Below, in pieces: positions 7,740-17,781 of a DNA stretch of 64,000 nt. The DNA is taken from IMG/VR virus record IMGVR_UViG_3300006802_000073, positions 85,081 through 149,080 of that record. One strand, written 5' to 3'. This DNA is from a virus. Position numbers and translations under genes: made by a program. Each line of letters starts with the position of its first letter. The stretch's first letter is position 1. The notes below the pieces were generated by a model that was not told the origin of the DNA, did no database searches, and worked only from the letters and a program-made list of their open reading frames with translations.

Positions 7740-8684
7740 TCACCAAACAAAATTGTGTTTATAAAAATCTATTAACTCTTTTAGTTTTTCGTCAAAATTT
7801 GCTTCAGGTTTCCAACCCAATTTCTTTAACTTATTATCATTAATAGAATATCGTACATCTTGACCTGGACGATTAACTGAAAAATCTAGATATTGTTTTA
7901 TATCACCTGGTAGATCCATATATTGAATTATTTTTTGAGCTACAACTAGATTCATCTCTTCATAATTGCCAGAGATGTTATAAATTTCATTAGTTTCTCC
8001 GCTTTCAATAATTGTAATTATAGCTGCTGCTGTATCACTAGCATGTAACCATGTTCTACGAGGATATCCATTATCATGTAAAGGTGCTTGTTTTCCCAAT
8101 GCTAAGCACTTGATGGTATGGGGGATGAATTTTTCAGTATATTGACCAATTCCATAATTATTAGTTGGACGTACAATTACATAAGGGATATTAAAAGTTC
8201 TGGACCAAGCACTGATTAACATATCAGCAGCTGCTTTTGTTGCTGAATATGGATTACTAGGATTTAAGGGATCAGTTTCTACATGTGAACCTTGATGTAT
8301 ATCTCCATAAACTTCATCAGTGCTGAAGTGCAAGAATATAGGAATTTTAAATTTAGGTTGTTGTGTTATCAATTTTAATAGATGATGAACACCATTAACA
8401 TTACTATTTAGAAATACATCACTATTCATGATACTATTATCTACATGTGTTTCTGCCGCAGTGTTAATCACATAATCGCATTCATAGAGATAATTTAAAT
8501 CATTAATATCCTTTTTCTCATAAACAAACTGTTTATATTTATATAAAACATCAAGAAAATTATAATTAGCCGCATAGGTACCTGAATCAATACCTCTCAC
8601 AAACCATCCTTTTTCTAGGCATGTTTTAGTAATATGATAACCTATAAAACCTAAACATCCTGTAACATAAACTATCTTTTTCAT
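7740..8684 (-). CDS. rmlB: NDP-glucose 4,6-dehydratase (RmlB-like)
   Basis: TGCLGFIG, AAETHVD, STDEVYG, YSATKAA, RPGQDVRY. Confidence 0.88.
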   Translation of the reverse strand: MKKIVYVTGCLGFIGYHITKTCLEKGWFVRGIDSGTYAANYNFLDVLYKYKQFVYEKKDINDLNYLYECDYVINTAAETHVDNSIMNSDVFLNSNVNGVHHLLKLITQQPKFKIPIFLHFSTDEVYGDIHQGSHVETDPLNPSNPYSATKAAADMLISAWSRTFNIPYVIVRPTNNYGIGQYTEKFIPHTIKCLALGKQAPLHDNGYPRRTWLHASDTAAAIITIIESGETNEIYNISGNYEEMNLVVAQKIIQYMDLPGDIKQYLDFSVNRPGQDVRYSINDNKLKKLGWKPEANFDEKLKELIDFYKHNFVW

Positions 8685-10003
8685 ATTAGTTTTCTAAAAA
8701 AACAATCAATATTTTCACCGATATAATCTATTTGTTCTTCTGTTAGAACTGGACTTGTTCCATGAAAAAATGTATCACACATAACTTTTGTTGCAACAGG
8801 GAATTCGGTTTTTGCAGTGGTTGTATCCATTAAATGACTATATGCTGGCTGCAATAATAGATTACCCGCAAAATAAGGTCTCGTTTGAATAAGATTATCT
8901 TCTAGATATTCAACAAATTTTGTTCTTGTAAATGGTGCATTGTCTCTTATTGTAAGAGGAAATGCAAACCAACTTGGATCACTGTTTTGTTGTGCTCTTG
9001 GTAAATGGAAGAATTCTTCATATTTTGAATAAATATCAAATAGAAGTTTATAATTTTTCTTTCTTAATTCAATGATCTTATCAATCTTCTTTAATTGAGC
9101 CAATCCAAATGCACTTTGTATTTCTATAGGTTTTAAATTATATCCTATTTCATCATATACGTATTTATGATCAAAAATTTGATCTGGCATAGATGGAACC
9201 CAATAAGAAAACCTTTGATTACATGTTCCACATTTTAAAGCATTCGCTTTAGCACCTACACAATAACAACCTCTTCCCCATTCACGCAATGATCTGAGTA
9301 CAACTTCAGTTTCATAATCTTTACATGCAACAAATCCACCCTCTCCCATTGTAATATGATGAGCAGGATAAAAAGAACAAGATGCCATAATACCAAAAGA
9401 CCCTAGTTTCTTTCCCTCATATGTACTACCTAAAGCATCACAGCAATCCTCAAGCAATAGAAGATTATACTTTTTAACTAGATCCATAACATCATTCATA
9501 TTAGGTGGATTGCCCAATACATGAGCAAAAGTAATAACCTTTATATCATGTTTCTTTATTAAATCTTCTGCCTTTGTTAAATCAAGATTTAATGTCTCGA
9601 TTTCTATATCAAGAAATATAGGTTCAAACCCTACCTGTAGAGTAGGGTTTAGAGTAGTAGGGAATCCTGCTACGGGCATTAATACTTTAGTACCTTTAGG
9701 TAAATTATATTTTCTTTTTGATGTTAGAGAGGACATCATTAAAAGATTAGCACTTGAACCTGAATTAGTTAGTATACCATATTTTTTATCAAAATGTTTG
9801 GGAAACAAATTCTCAAATCTAAGAGATTTATTACCCATTGCAAGCCATCCATCAAGTAAAGAATCTAGTGCTTCTTCATATTCTGTAGTATCAAAATAAG
9901 GACCAGCATAATTAACAATATCTTTACCTGCAATCCAAGTTTTGTTTGATTGTTTTTCTTTAATATAATCTGACACAATGCTTATAATATCTTGTTTTTC
10001 CAT
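8681..10003 (-). CDS. rfbH: NDP-4-keto-6-deoxyglucose 3-dehydrase (RfbH/DdhC E1 type, DegT family)
   Basis: NSGSSANL, EDCCDALG, SFYPAHHITMGEGG (His in place of the Schiff-base Lys), WGRGCYC..C..C Fe-S motif, DHKYVY..IGYNLKP. Confidence 0.88.
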   Translation of the reverse strand: MEKQDIISIVSDYIKEKQSNKTWIAGKDIVNYAGPYFDTTEYEEALDSLLDGWLAMGNKSLRFENLFPKHFDKKYGILTNSGSSANLLMMSSLTSKRKYNLPKGTKVLMPVAGFPTTLNPTLQVGFEPIFLDIEIETLNLDLTKAEDLIKKHDIKVITFAHVLGNPPNMNDVMDLVKKYNLLLLEDCCDALGSTYEGKKLGSFGIMASCSFYPAHHITMGEGGFVACKDYETEVVLRSLREWGRGCYCVGAKANALKCGTCNQRFSYWVPSMPDQIFDHKYVYDEIGYNLKPIEIQSAFGLAQLKKIDKIIELRKKNYKLLFDIYSKYEEFFHLPRAQQNSDPSWFAFPLTIRDNAPFTRTKFVEYLEDNLIQTRPYFAGNLLLQPAYSHLMDTTTAKTEFPVATKVMCDTFFHGTSPVLTEEQIDYIGENIDCFFRKLI

Positions 10004-10078
10004 ATTTCACCAATATGCAATATTTGTTTCTAAGCCTCTAAAATCTTCTTGTTTTTGTAGTTTTATAACAGATATCTA

Positions 10079-11443
10079 TCATTTGTGATTGTCTAGAAAG
10101 AATTGTAGATCTTCGGGTGTGCCCAGTCCCCACATTTTAGTTACAGGAAAAGTTTTTACACGTTTCTCATCTGCAATAGCCTCATTGAAAACGGGGCATA
10201 CATAAAACTCATTATTAACCCGAATGTTTTTGCTAATCATTTGCTCTGCATATTTTATATAATCTTTACCGTGTTTCCAATAGTAAATACCGCAAGTTGC
10301 ATCATCACTAATAACTTCTTTTTCAGCTACCCTCTCAACATATCCGTTTTTACTAAGTTTAGCATAAGACCACTTAGAATGAGAAGATTTGAAAGTCAAT
10401 ATACCTGCATCAACTTTATCTGTTACAGCCCTATACATGATATCTTTTGGAGACCATTCAACAAACTGATCACTGTTAGCAATAAGAAGAGGGTTATTAT
10501 TATCTAGGAGTCCTTTTGCAAGTAAAGTGGTGCGTGCGGCTCCGTCTGTTATCGTATCAACTAAAATAACTTGGTTATTTGGTGTCATTATGTTGAAAAG
10601 GTACTTCAAGTTAAACTTCTCATAATGCTCCCGCTGAATAATAAAAATATAGTTTGCTTTTATGTTTAGATTCTCTACAACTAGTTGAATCATAGGTTTC
10701 CCCTTTACATCAATAAGGGGTTTGGGTAAGGAGTATCCTGCAGAAACAAATCTACTACCTAGCCCTGCCATGGGAATAAGAACATTTAGAGTTTCGTCAA
10801 CCCAAGGTTCAGTATCTTGCACATTATTAATTTTATTCAGAGAATGCTGTATACGCTCTAAAGTTACATCATTAGTATCATTGACTTCACATACATGAGC
10901 TCCGCTATTCCTTGCCCCCTCTCTACCTACAGGGCTATCCTCAACTATGAGTGTATTTTTAGGGATACAGCCAGTCAAAGTCATGCATCTCCAATACATT
11001 TCAGGATGAGGTTTTGGTTTTGAAACATCTTGATTTGTGACAAACACATCTACATATTCCATGATTCCTAAGCGAAGTAATATTATCTTTGTTGTTTGAC
11101 GAATACTATTAGTCGCTACTGCAATTTTGAAGTCCTGCGCTTTCAACCATTTGCAGATTTCAATTATCTTAACATCAGATAGCAGGCTGCTAAATGACTC
11201 AGATGTTAAATGCTGCTTCAGTTCCCATATTTGAGAATGAAGAGCCTTAGGCAACTGCTTTCGCTCTGAAAGTAAATCTAATTTTGTCTGAGTAGTTAGC
11301 CCGTCATAATATTTTAGATGTTCTTCTCTCTCAATGATATAGGAGGGATTAAACTGCCCAAGCGCAGTATTTAGTGTTCTATAATGAATTTCTTTACTGT
11401 CTATCAGAACACCATCTAAATCAAAAATAACCAATTTATTCAT
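10079..11443 (-). CDS. HAD-family phosphatase fused to a sugar nucleotidyltransferase
   Basis: N-term FDLDGVLIDS, KPHP, EDS..G; C-term PMAGLGSRF...PKPLI, NNEFY, GLGTPEDL. Confidence 0.85.
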   Translation of the reverse strand: MNKLVIFDLDGVLIDSKEIHYRTLNTALGQFNPSYIIEREEHLKYYDGLTTQTKLDLLSERKQLPKALHSQIWELKQHLTSESFSSLLSDVKIIEICKWLKAQDFKIAVATNSIRQTTKIILLRLGIMEYVDVFVTNQDVSKPKPHPEMYWRCMTLTGCIPKNTLIVEDSPVGREGARNSGAHVCEVNDTNDVTLERIQHSLNKINNVQDTEPWVDETLNVLIPMAGLGSRFVSAGYSLPKPLIDVKGKPMIQLVVENLNIKANYIFIIQREHYEKFNLKYLFNIMTPNNQVILVDTITDGAARTTLLAKGLLDNNNPLLIANSDQFVEWSPKDIMYRAVTDKVDAGILTFKSSHSKWSYAKLSKNGYVERVAEKEVISDDATCGIYYWKHGKDYIKYAEQMISKNIRVNNEFYVCPVFNEAIADEKRVKTFPVTKMWGLGTPEDLQFFLDNHK

Positions 11444-11535
11444 ATACCACCTGTTTGATATGTTTTAACGTTAGTTTTTATTGTGTAACCCAATTTAGTT
11501 CAAAGTAATGGATGTTAAAATCTTAACATATCTAC

Positions 11536-12510
11536 CTATCTTTTATCTTTCCAATAAGCCTCTTCCTCATTCCAAAACCTTCTATAGATATCATCGCATT
11601 CGACTGGAATGCAGGGTTTCTTTTCAACCGGAGCATGATTTAGTATTTGTTGATAGTATGCTTCAAAACATCTTTTAGGTGTGTGATATTCATTGTATTC
11701 ATCACGAAGCATTCTTGCAACATACTCATATCTATTTTCTGCTAGATAATATGTTAGGATATCCTTAAGGTCATGCATATCTTCATTATACTTAACATAA
11801 TTTTTGAGAGGCATATGTTTATCAGACAATGATAATAGGTTGTTTGGAGGCATCAATAAACAAGTGTTTGCGCTAGCTAGTTCCCAAATTCTGATACTAT
11901 CTTGTGAATTCCCAGGGAAGTGCAAACATATTTTAGATTGATTAGTTATCCTAACAAACTCACCATGGTTTCGGCAGTTACCATTGTCAATAAACCAATT
12001 AAAATGTCTAAGGTCATTTTTTGAAAGATGCATGATATAATTAATGAAGGTTTCTCTTCTCGGATTAGTTTGTCTTCCGATGAATGATATATCGATGTCT
12101 TTTTTTTGTAATTCTACATTGTAAATTGATGGGAATGAAAAATGCATCGGCTCTAGTGCAGCATCAAAAGGAGAATTACTTTCAGTTGTTAATTCACGCT
12201 GAATAACAAGTTGTGGTCTTTTAGAATAATATACTTGAACATGCTCAAAGTCACTATCATCATGCTGTACCATAAAAGTTTTAGATAGATGAGGATGTCT
12301 CAATATTCTATTCACATGAGATACATAAGGATGTTCATGTAAATAACATATTACTACTTTATATTCATTGTTGGGGACAAATTCATGCACATATTTTTCA
12401 GTCACAAAGTCACATGAATACCCGCAATTTTCAATGCTTCTAAAAAAAAACTCTGGTCCGGGCAGATGGGAAAAGTAAATAAACAAAAAATCTTTCACTG
12501 CAGCCTCCAA
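11536..12510 (-). CDS. Putative glycosyltransferase (GT-B, CgeB-like C-terminus)
   Basis: DISFIG..R, SKICL..PG...RIWE..A pattern; island context. Confidence 0.6.
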   Translation of the reverse strand: MEAAVKDFLFIYFSHLPGPEFFFRSIENCGYSCDFVTEKYVHEFVPNNEYKVVICYLHEHPYVSHVNRILRHPHLSKTFMVQHDDSDFEHVQVYYSKRPQLVIQRELTTESNSPFDAALEPMHFSFPSIYNVELQKKDIDISFIGRQTNPRRETFINYIMHLSKNDLRHFNWFIDNGNCRNHGEFVRITNQSKICLHFPGNSQDSIRIWELASANTCLLMPPNNLLSLSDKHMPLKNYVKYNEDMHDLKDILTYYLAENRYEYVARMLRDEYNEYHTPKRCFEAYYQQILNHAPVEKKPCIPVECDDIYRRFWNEEEAYWKDKR

Positions 12511-12938
12511 TCATGTGCATAGTCTGTGCATACTGCACAACACTCAATATTTTTTTGAGGAATAATATTTGCTATTTCAGGAATAACCAATACAAAGTTT
12601 TGGGTAAATTGCTGTCCCGGATATGTCCAAATATAACCTAAGCTTGTTATAGTATAAGGATCATCAATATGATAAAAATAATTAAAGTCTGTGGCTGATA
12701 ACAAACTTAAAGCATTAAAATTTTTACAATGAATCCACAACCTATTCTTACGTTCTGTAAGCCAAGCCATATCAACTTTATAGATACCACTATCATGACC
12801 CAGAAGAAGAGTTTCTTGATCTACATGAATATCAACTTCAACATCATAACCTAAAGAGATGGCTCTGTCAATATGTTCGGGGCGGTTTTCATCTCTACTG
12901 GGACCGAATATATTTCCTCTATGTGCGATGATTTTCAT
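12495..12938 (-). CDS. Glycerophosphodiester phosphodiesterase-like protein
   Basis: IIAHRGN, EN, DVEVD, LGHD, WIHCK, VCTD. Confidence 0.75.
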   Translation of the reverse strand: MKIIAHRGNIFGPSRDENRPEHIDRAISLGYDVEVDIHVDQETLLLGHDSGIYKVDMAWLTERKNRLWIHCKNFNALSLLSATDFNYFYHIDDPYTITSLGYIWTYPGQQFTQNFVLVIPEIANIIPQKNIECCAVCTDYAHDWRLQ

Positions 12939-13558
12939 CTAATTCTCTTTTGAAAAATAGCACTTAAGATATTTCTTTGCTCACCTTTTCTGATAGTATC
13001 CTCTATATGTGAAAAAGACAAAAGATCAAACTTATGTTCCGACATAAACTTAACTAATGAATTTTCATTGAAATGAAAGAGATGTTCATTCGGACGTCTG
13101 TGTTTCCAGTTCTCAAACCAACTGTCATTATAATAGTGACACCAAGGTACGCTAATAACTAAATAGTTACACTTCAGCTCACCTACAATGCTTATATCCT
13201 CAAAGTGTTCAAGAGAATCAAAAAATGTTATAACATCAAAATGTTTTGAAGTAATTTCTGAAATGAATGAGCAAGAGGGGGGCAGATTATATCCACTTAC
13301 ATCGTTTCCGTAGCATTCTGATATTATGTTCGTGCATACCTTTAGAAAGGCGCCATTTCCATATCCCACATCAAGAATCGATTCTGGTATACGTCCCAAA
13401 GCCCCGACAATATATCCTAGTCTAAGATAACCCATATAGTTAGATAACTCTCCATATGAATCGTATCTATCTATAACATAGGTTTTGTCATATTTGGTTG
13501 GAACCTTGGTTTGTTGAAAGATAACCCCGTTGTTATCACAGTTATAGTTTGGAAGCAT
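12935..13558 (-). CDS. Class I SAM-dependent methyltransferase
   Basis: ILDVGYGNG motif I; FDVITFFDSLEH. Confidence 0.85.
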   Translation of the reverse strand: MLPNYNCDNNGVIFQQTKVPTKYDKTYVIDRYDSYGELSNYMGYLRLGYIVGALGRIPESILDVGYGNGAFLKVCTNIISECYGNDVSGYNLPPSCSFISEITSKHFDVITFFDSLEHFEDISIVGELKCNYLVISVPWCHYYNDSWFENWKHRRPNEHLFHFNENSLVKFMSEHKFDLLSFSHIEDTIRKGEQRNILSAIFQKRIR

Positions 13559-14246
13559 AAGATATTACATTCCAACAGTTATTATTAAACTCGTTATTTG
13601 GATTTAGAAGGGTACCCTTTCTAATATCATGATAAAACAACTTACCCTCGAGAGTAGACGCTATACTATCAACTAAGCAGTAAAAGCTGCTAGGAACACA
13701 GTGAATCTGAGAAGCACCCTTTATTAGATCAATCCAATTCAACATATTTTGAGAAACTCTAAGATCAACATCAATTACAGGCAAATGTGTGTCTATATTT
13801 ATATTATATTTAGATTCGCTCGATTGACGATGTGCCAGTACATATTCTTGCCCATGTGATAGCTGTTGATATAGTTTAGATGCCTTTTGATTAACTTTAG
13901 GCAATCTAAACATTGTATATCTATACTCGAAAGGCATTTCAACTGACTCATAAAAATTTCTATCAAAATGTGTATGTTCTATGTTTTGAAATCCTATTCT
14001 TATTAAGTCTTTCTGTAGAACTTTTTGAATATGAGATACCTGTTCAAATTCACCAAAGTAGCTATCGTTATATAGAGGTATTAATTTTACATTGAAATTA
14101 TCTGTATATAGATAACTAACAGTTTCATAATAATTTTCTTTGCAGACTAGATAAATTTTCACCTGTTTTGAAAGGGCATTGACTATACCATTACATATAA
14201 AATGATCACCTAGTCCCAAATGATGATGAACTATAACTTTAGTCAT
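13542..14246 (-). CDS. Putative glycosyltransferase (GT-B/GT9-like)
   Basis: N-term HHHLGLGDHFICNG; IHCVPSSF. Confidence 0.5.
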   Translation of the reverse strand: MTKVIVHHHLGLGDHFICNGIVNALSKQVKIYLVCKENYYETVSYLYTDNFNVKLIPLYNDSYFGEFEQVSHIQKVLQKDLIRIGFQNIEHTHFDRNFYESVEMPFEYRYTMFRLPKVNQKASKLYQQLSHGQEYVLAHRQSSESKYNINIDTHLPVIDVDLRVSQNMLNWIDLIKGASQIHCVPSSFYCLVDSIASTLEGKLFYHDIRKGTLLNPNNEFNNNCWNVISYASKL

Positions 14247-14937
14247 TTAGTTGCCCAAAATCAAACCTATACTGTGTTTGTACATTTTTTGGGTTAAACC
14301 CAACACATTCCTTTAGTGTTGGAGCATACAAAGGCATGTCATGCTCATCATATCCGTTTCCACAAAAAGAAAAGCGATTCTTTAACTTTGCTCTTGTTTC
14401 ACCGAACCAACCTTCATTCATACTATGAATAAGCGTATCACTTTCAACATCTTTCCAAACAAAGTCGCGCAGAAAAATTTGATCACTTAAATATTCTTTT
14501 TGTTTTAGCATAAAGTCAATCATCACCTCTCTTAGAGAGATAGGTAATCCACCCTTACATGCAAACATCCCCCCCATGATTGGAAATTGAAAATGTGCTT
14601 CGTGATCTCGAATAACATGAAATCGTTTACCACTCTCAACAAACTCTTTCATAGCTTTGCATTCTCTGAATGAAAACCTACTATCTGAGTCCCTACTCGC
14701 TATAATGTCATAAGTATCTTCAAATAAAGGAAAGAATCTCCAAAATAATCCTGGTGAACCATCTTCACATCTTACTAACTCAACATACTGATATTTCTTA
14801 AAGTTTGAATAATTATCAGTATAAATTCTAATATTCCAATCAGGAAAATACTTATTAGCAAGTTCAATTTGACGATGTGCTCCCACCACATAACGAGGAT
14901 TATTTCCCCACACAGAAAAGGATAATAGTTTTTTCAT
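14239..14937 (-). CDS. Putative glycosyltransferase-like protein (GT-A)
   Basis: SFSVWG..P.Y, FWRF, RDSDSR (DxD), HVIRDH, DQIFL. Confidence 0.55.
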   Translation of the reverse strand: MKKLLSFSVWGNNPRYVVGAHRQIELANKYFPDWNIRIYTDNYSNFKKYQYVELVRCEDGSPGLFWRFFPLFEDTYDIIASRDSDSRFSFRECKAMKEFVESGKRFHVIRDHEAHFQFPIMGGMFACKGGLPISLREVMIDFMLKQKEYLSDQIFLRDFVWKDVESDTLIHSMNEGWFGETRAKLKNRFSFCGNGYDEHDMPLYAPTLKECVGFNPKNVQTQYRFDFGQLND

Positions 14938-14939
14938 AT

Positions 14940-15656
14940 CTATTTTTTGAACATTTGTAAAATTTGTTGACGATCACCTTTAATCAAACTAAACATAACT
15001 TTTAGATCATTGGGGAGAGAATTGAAAAGCTGCTGCATCTCAACTTCAGCTTGGTTCTTATTATAGTTGGTTCCCGGAGGATGCTCTATCGTATGATTAT
15101 AGTCTCTAATGACCAATCTACTCTTCAGAAAACTTATTCCTGGAAAAATAATATCCCAACCCCACCCCATTTTATATGGACTCATATCAATCTGTCTATT
15201 ATTAAACTCTTCTATTATATCTTTATGTATAAACCAACAGGTACAATCAGGACAAGATATTAATCTCAAATTGGCATCATCTCTAAACTTTACTTGAGAA
15301 ATATCTGTTCTCGTAGAATCATACCATGTATAGTCTACATTAGGTGCATATATCCCCCATTTATACTTTTCATAATATATCTTTGCATCTTCAATCAATT
15401 TATTCCAATTATCATAAGATGCATCTGCCTGAATATGGAATAAAATATCACCATCAAATAATTTTAACGCCATTAAAAATTGAGATGTAAAATAAGAACA
15501 TTCTCCTATATTGATCCAATCAACCTCTTGTGCAGTTACTGTATCATCACTATTAATAACAGTAACTTTTAATCCAAGATCTTTTAATTGTTTTTCTTTA
15601 TATTTGGCTTTTTCATATTGACCTCGCCAATTAAAAATAAATGAGTGTATTTGCAT
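14940..15656 (-). CDS. Putative glycosyltransferase (GT-A-like)
   Basis: QAD, GWGWD, DY...EHP; island context; start refined to MQIHSF. Confidence 0.5.
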   Translation of the reverse strand: MQIHSFIFNWRGQYEKAKYKEKQLKDLGLKVTVINSDDTVTAQEVDWINIGECSYFTSQFLMALKLFDGDILFHIQADASYDNWNKLIEDAKIYYEKYKWGIYAPNVDYTWYDSTRTDISQVKFRDDANLRLISCPDCTCWFIHKDIIEEFNNRQIDMSPYKMGWGWDIIFPGISFLKSRLVIRDYNHTIEHPPGTNYNKNQAEVEMQQLFNSLPNDLKVMFSLIKGDRQQILQMFKK

Positions 15657-16527
15657 CTCTCGATTCAATCTTTCTATAAACAATAGCATCAAACCAATTT
15701 AAAAAATTATCATAAAGATAATAAGAAGGAGGAATGTTAAAAGGAAACTTTGGTTGAGTCAAAATTCTATTATACAGTTCATCATCATTATATATAGCCA
15801 TAATTGTTTCAATACAATGGTTTATATCTTTATAACTGTGAACATTGATAAAAGCATTTGGATTGAAGTCAAGTGATACTGTAGGACTACCCCAATAGAT
15901 TGGCACTGTACCAGCATAAAAAGCATGAAGAATCTTTTCTGTTACATAACCAGGATGAGATCCGCTTTCAAAGCAAATATTAAACTTATGTTTAGCTAAG
16001 TAGTTGATCTTATCTACTTCAGTATCTAATTGTACATCAACATTCTTTAAATGTCTACCTGCACTATGAACTAGTTTTCTTTCATTTAATTTTTGAAAAA
16101 AATCATTTCTCTCCTTACATCCACCATTACTTACAACAAAAGAACAGAAATCTGTCTTAGGTTGAATATGATTCTCTAGAATATAGTCCTGGGGATAAGG
16201 TGCTTTATGTATATTCTCTAAAGACCAAATATAGATCATAAACAGAGGCAACCGATAATGCCATGGATTAAAGTTATGATCAAAAGTTATTGCATAATGG
16301 CAATCATAATTTTCTGGTCTACGATTTTCACCAGTGTAAAAAATTTTAATACAATCCAGCTTTGAAAAGTTTTTGTTATTTGTACCAAAATTTTCATCAC
16401 CAAAGATGAGAAACTCTGGTTTCTCATTATCAATCTCAATATCATATCTTTTAGAGAGAATGTGATAAAAGAATGATGCTAGATGGTCATGTGTATCAGT
16501 AAATCCTAGTTTCAGTTTTTGTTTCAT
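15631..16527 (-). CDS. Alpha-1,3/4-fucosyltransferase-like protein (GT10)
   Basis: FYTGEN, FCSFVVSN, KFNICFE...GYVTEKI..AF.AG.VPIYWG. Confidence 0.88.
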   Translation of the reverse strand: MKQKLKLGFTDTHDHLASFFYHILSKRYDIEIDNEKPEFLIFGDENFGTNNKNFSKLDCIKIFYTGENRRPENYDCHYAITFDHNFNPWHYRLPLFMIYIWSLENIHKAPYPQDYILENHIQPKTDFCSFVVSNGGCKERNDFFQKLNERKLVHSAGRHLKNVDVQLDTEVDKINYLAKHKFNICFESGSHPGYVTEKILHAFYAGTVPIYWGSPTVSLDFNPNAFINVHSYKDINHCIETIMAIYNDDELYNRILTQPKFPFNIPPSYYLYDNFLNWFDAIVYRKIESRDANTLIYF

Positions 16528-17444
16528 AATTTATTCAACTCTCTTTCAATAATGTACTTTATATTGTCAGGTGAATGATCTGTAACTAAATGGTAATCAC
16601 ACTTCTTATCTATTCCGTTAGACATCGATTCTCTTTCACCACGACTAAACGAGATAATCTTTTTTGTGGAATCCATCAGATTATTATAGGTTTCACAGAA
16701 AACGAATGGACCTGAGTTCTTCCCTATAATCATATCACATTTTGTACTCAAATACGATATCTCGTTTAGATCACAATTGTTTAAACTTCTATCATTCCAT
16801 GGAGTCTTATAAGTGTATTCTTCTTTATCAGCAATAATTTCATCTGTGAAACATATATTAGGAATACTACAATTAAACTTTTTAGTACAAATGAAATCTA
16901 TATCTTTATACTTAAGGGCAAACTCTTGAATCTCAGCCTCCATTGAGGATTGAAAAGATTGACCCGACATTGGTATACCATTACAGATTAGCACCTTTTT
17001 TTGTGATGATCTTTGCTTCAAGTATACTTCAATAGATTCTAAATTGAAAAAAGAGTAATTAACTGTGGGAAGATACTTAGTAATGTCGTTGTAAGTAACC
17101 AGATTAACATTAAATAAACTATTAATGGTCTCATATATTGTTGTCCAACTTCTAGATAACGATTGTAGATTTACTCCTCCACATTCATTAAAAATCTGTG
17201 AATGCACACCAATCCAAGTATTAATCAGAAGAGTATCTTCATGTCTATAAAATAAATGATTTTTGGGTACTTTAGGAACACCAGTCAATGGAATTTGTAG
17301 ATCAAGATTAACTTTAGGATGGTTAAAATGCCAATACTCATAGTCCACATTTTTTAATGATTTTTTTATCTCACGAACGAACTCTTTATGAGTAAAAAGA
17401 TCACCACGGTGAAAGTGATTGAAGAATACTATTCTGTTAAACAC
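16524..17444 (-). CDS. Putative glycosyltransferase-like protein
   Basis: HRGD at N-terminus, DLNEISY...IGKNSGP; GTG start inferred. Confidence 0.5.
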   Translation of the reverse strand: MFNRIVFFNHFHRGDLFTHKEFVREIKKSLKNVDYEYWHFNHPKVNLDLQIPLTGVPKVPKNHLFYRHEDTLLINTWIGVHSQIFNECGGVNLQSLSRSWTTIYETINSLFNVNLVTYNDITKYLPTVNYSFFNLESIEVYLKQRSSQKKVLICNGIPMSGQSFQSSMEAEIQEFALKYKDIDFICTKKFNCSIPNICFTDEIIADKEEYTYKTPWNDRSLNNCDLNEISYLSTKCDMIIGKNSGPFVFCETYNNLMDSTKKIISFSRGERESMSNGIDKKCDYHLVTDHSPDNIKYIIERELNKL

Positions 17445-17781
17445 TATCGATACCTTTATAAAGTTTAACTGAATCTTCAACTAAACTTTTGTTTCTTACA
17501 ATACAATCATCGATCATTAGATTAATAGCTTGAACAAATTTTGGTCTTTTTACTTTAAAGCAAATATCTATTTTGCGCTTTAGCTCTGCAATCTCAGCAT
17601 CAGTCTTTGCTCCTTGAATTGCATCCTCTAACATCCAAGTACGAATGTGAAGAATTACTAACTTCTCTATAACCTCACCCAAATTGTCTGTAGCAACATA
17701 TTCAGTATCGGGTAGAGTTCTTTGTGTTAGAGTTTTCTCTACTGCTTGCTTAATTGTTTCCTCTATTGAAACACCTATCAT
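17437..17781 (-). CDS. Hypothetical protein (DUF4254-like)
   Basis: LGEVIEKL.IL.IR.W.LED...R...INL helical pattern. Confidence 0.5.
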   Translation of the reverse strand: MIGVSIEETIKQAVEKTLTQRTLPDTEYVATDNLGEVIEKLVILHIRTWMLEDAIQGAKTDAEIAELKRKIDICFKVKRPKFVQAINLMIDDCIVRNKSLVEDSVKLYKGIDSV

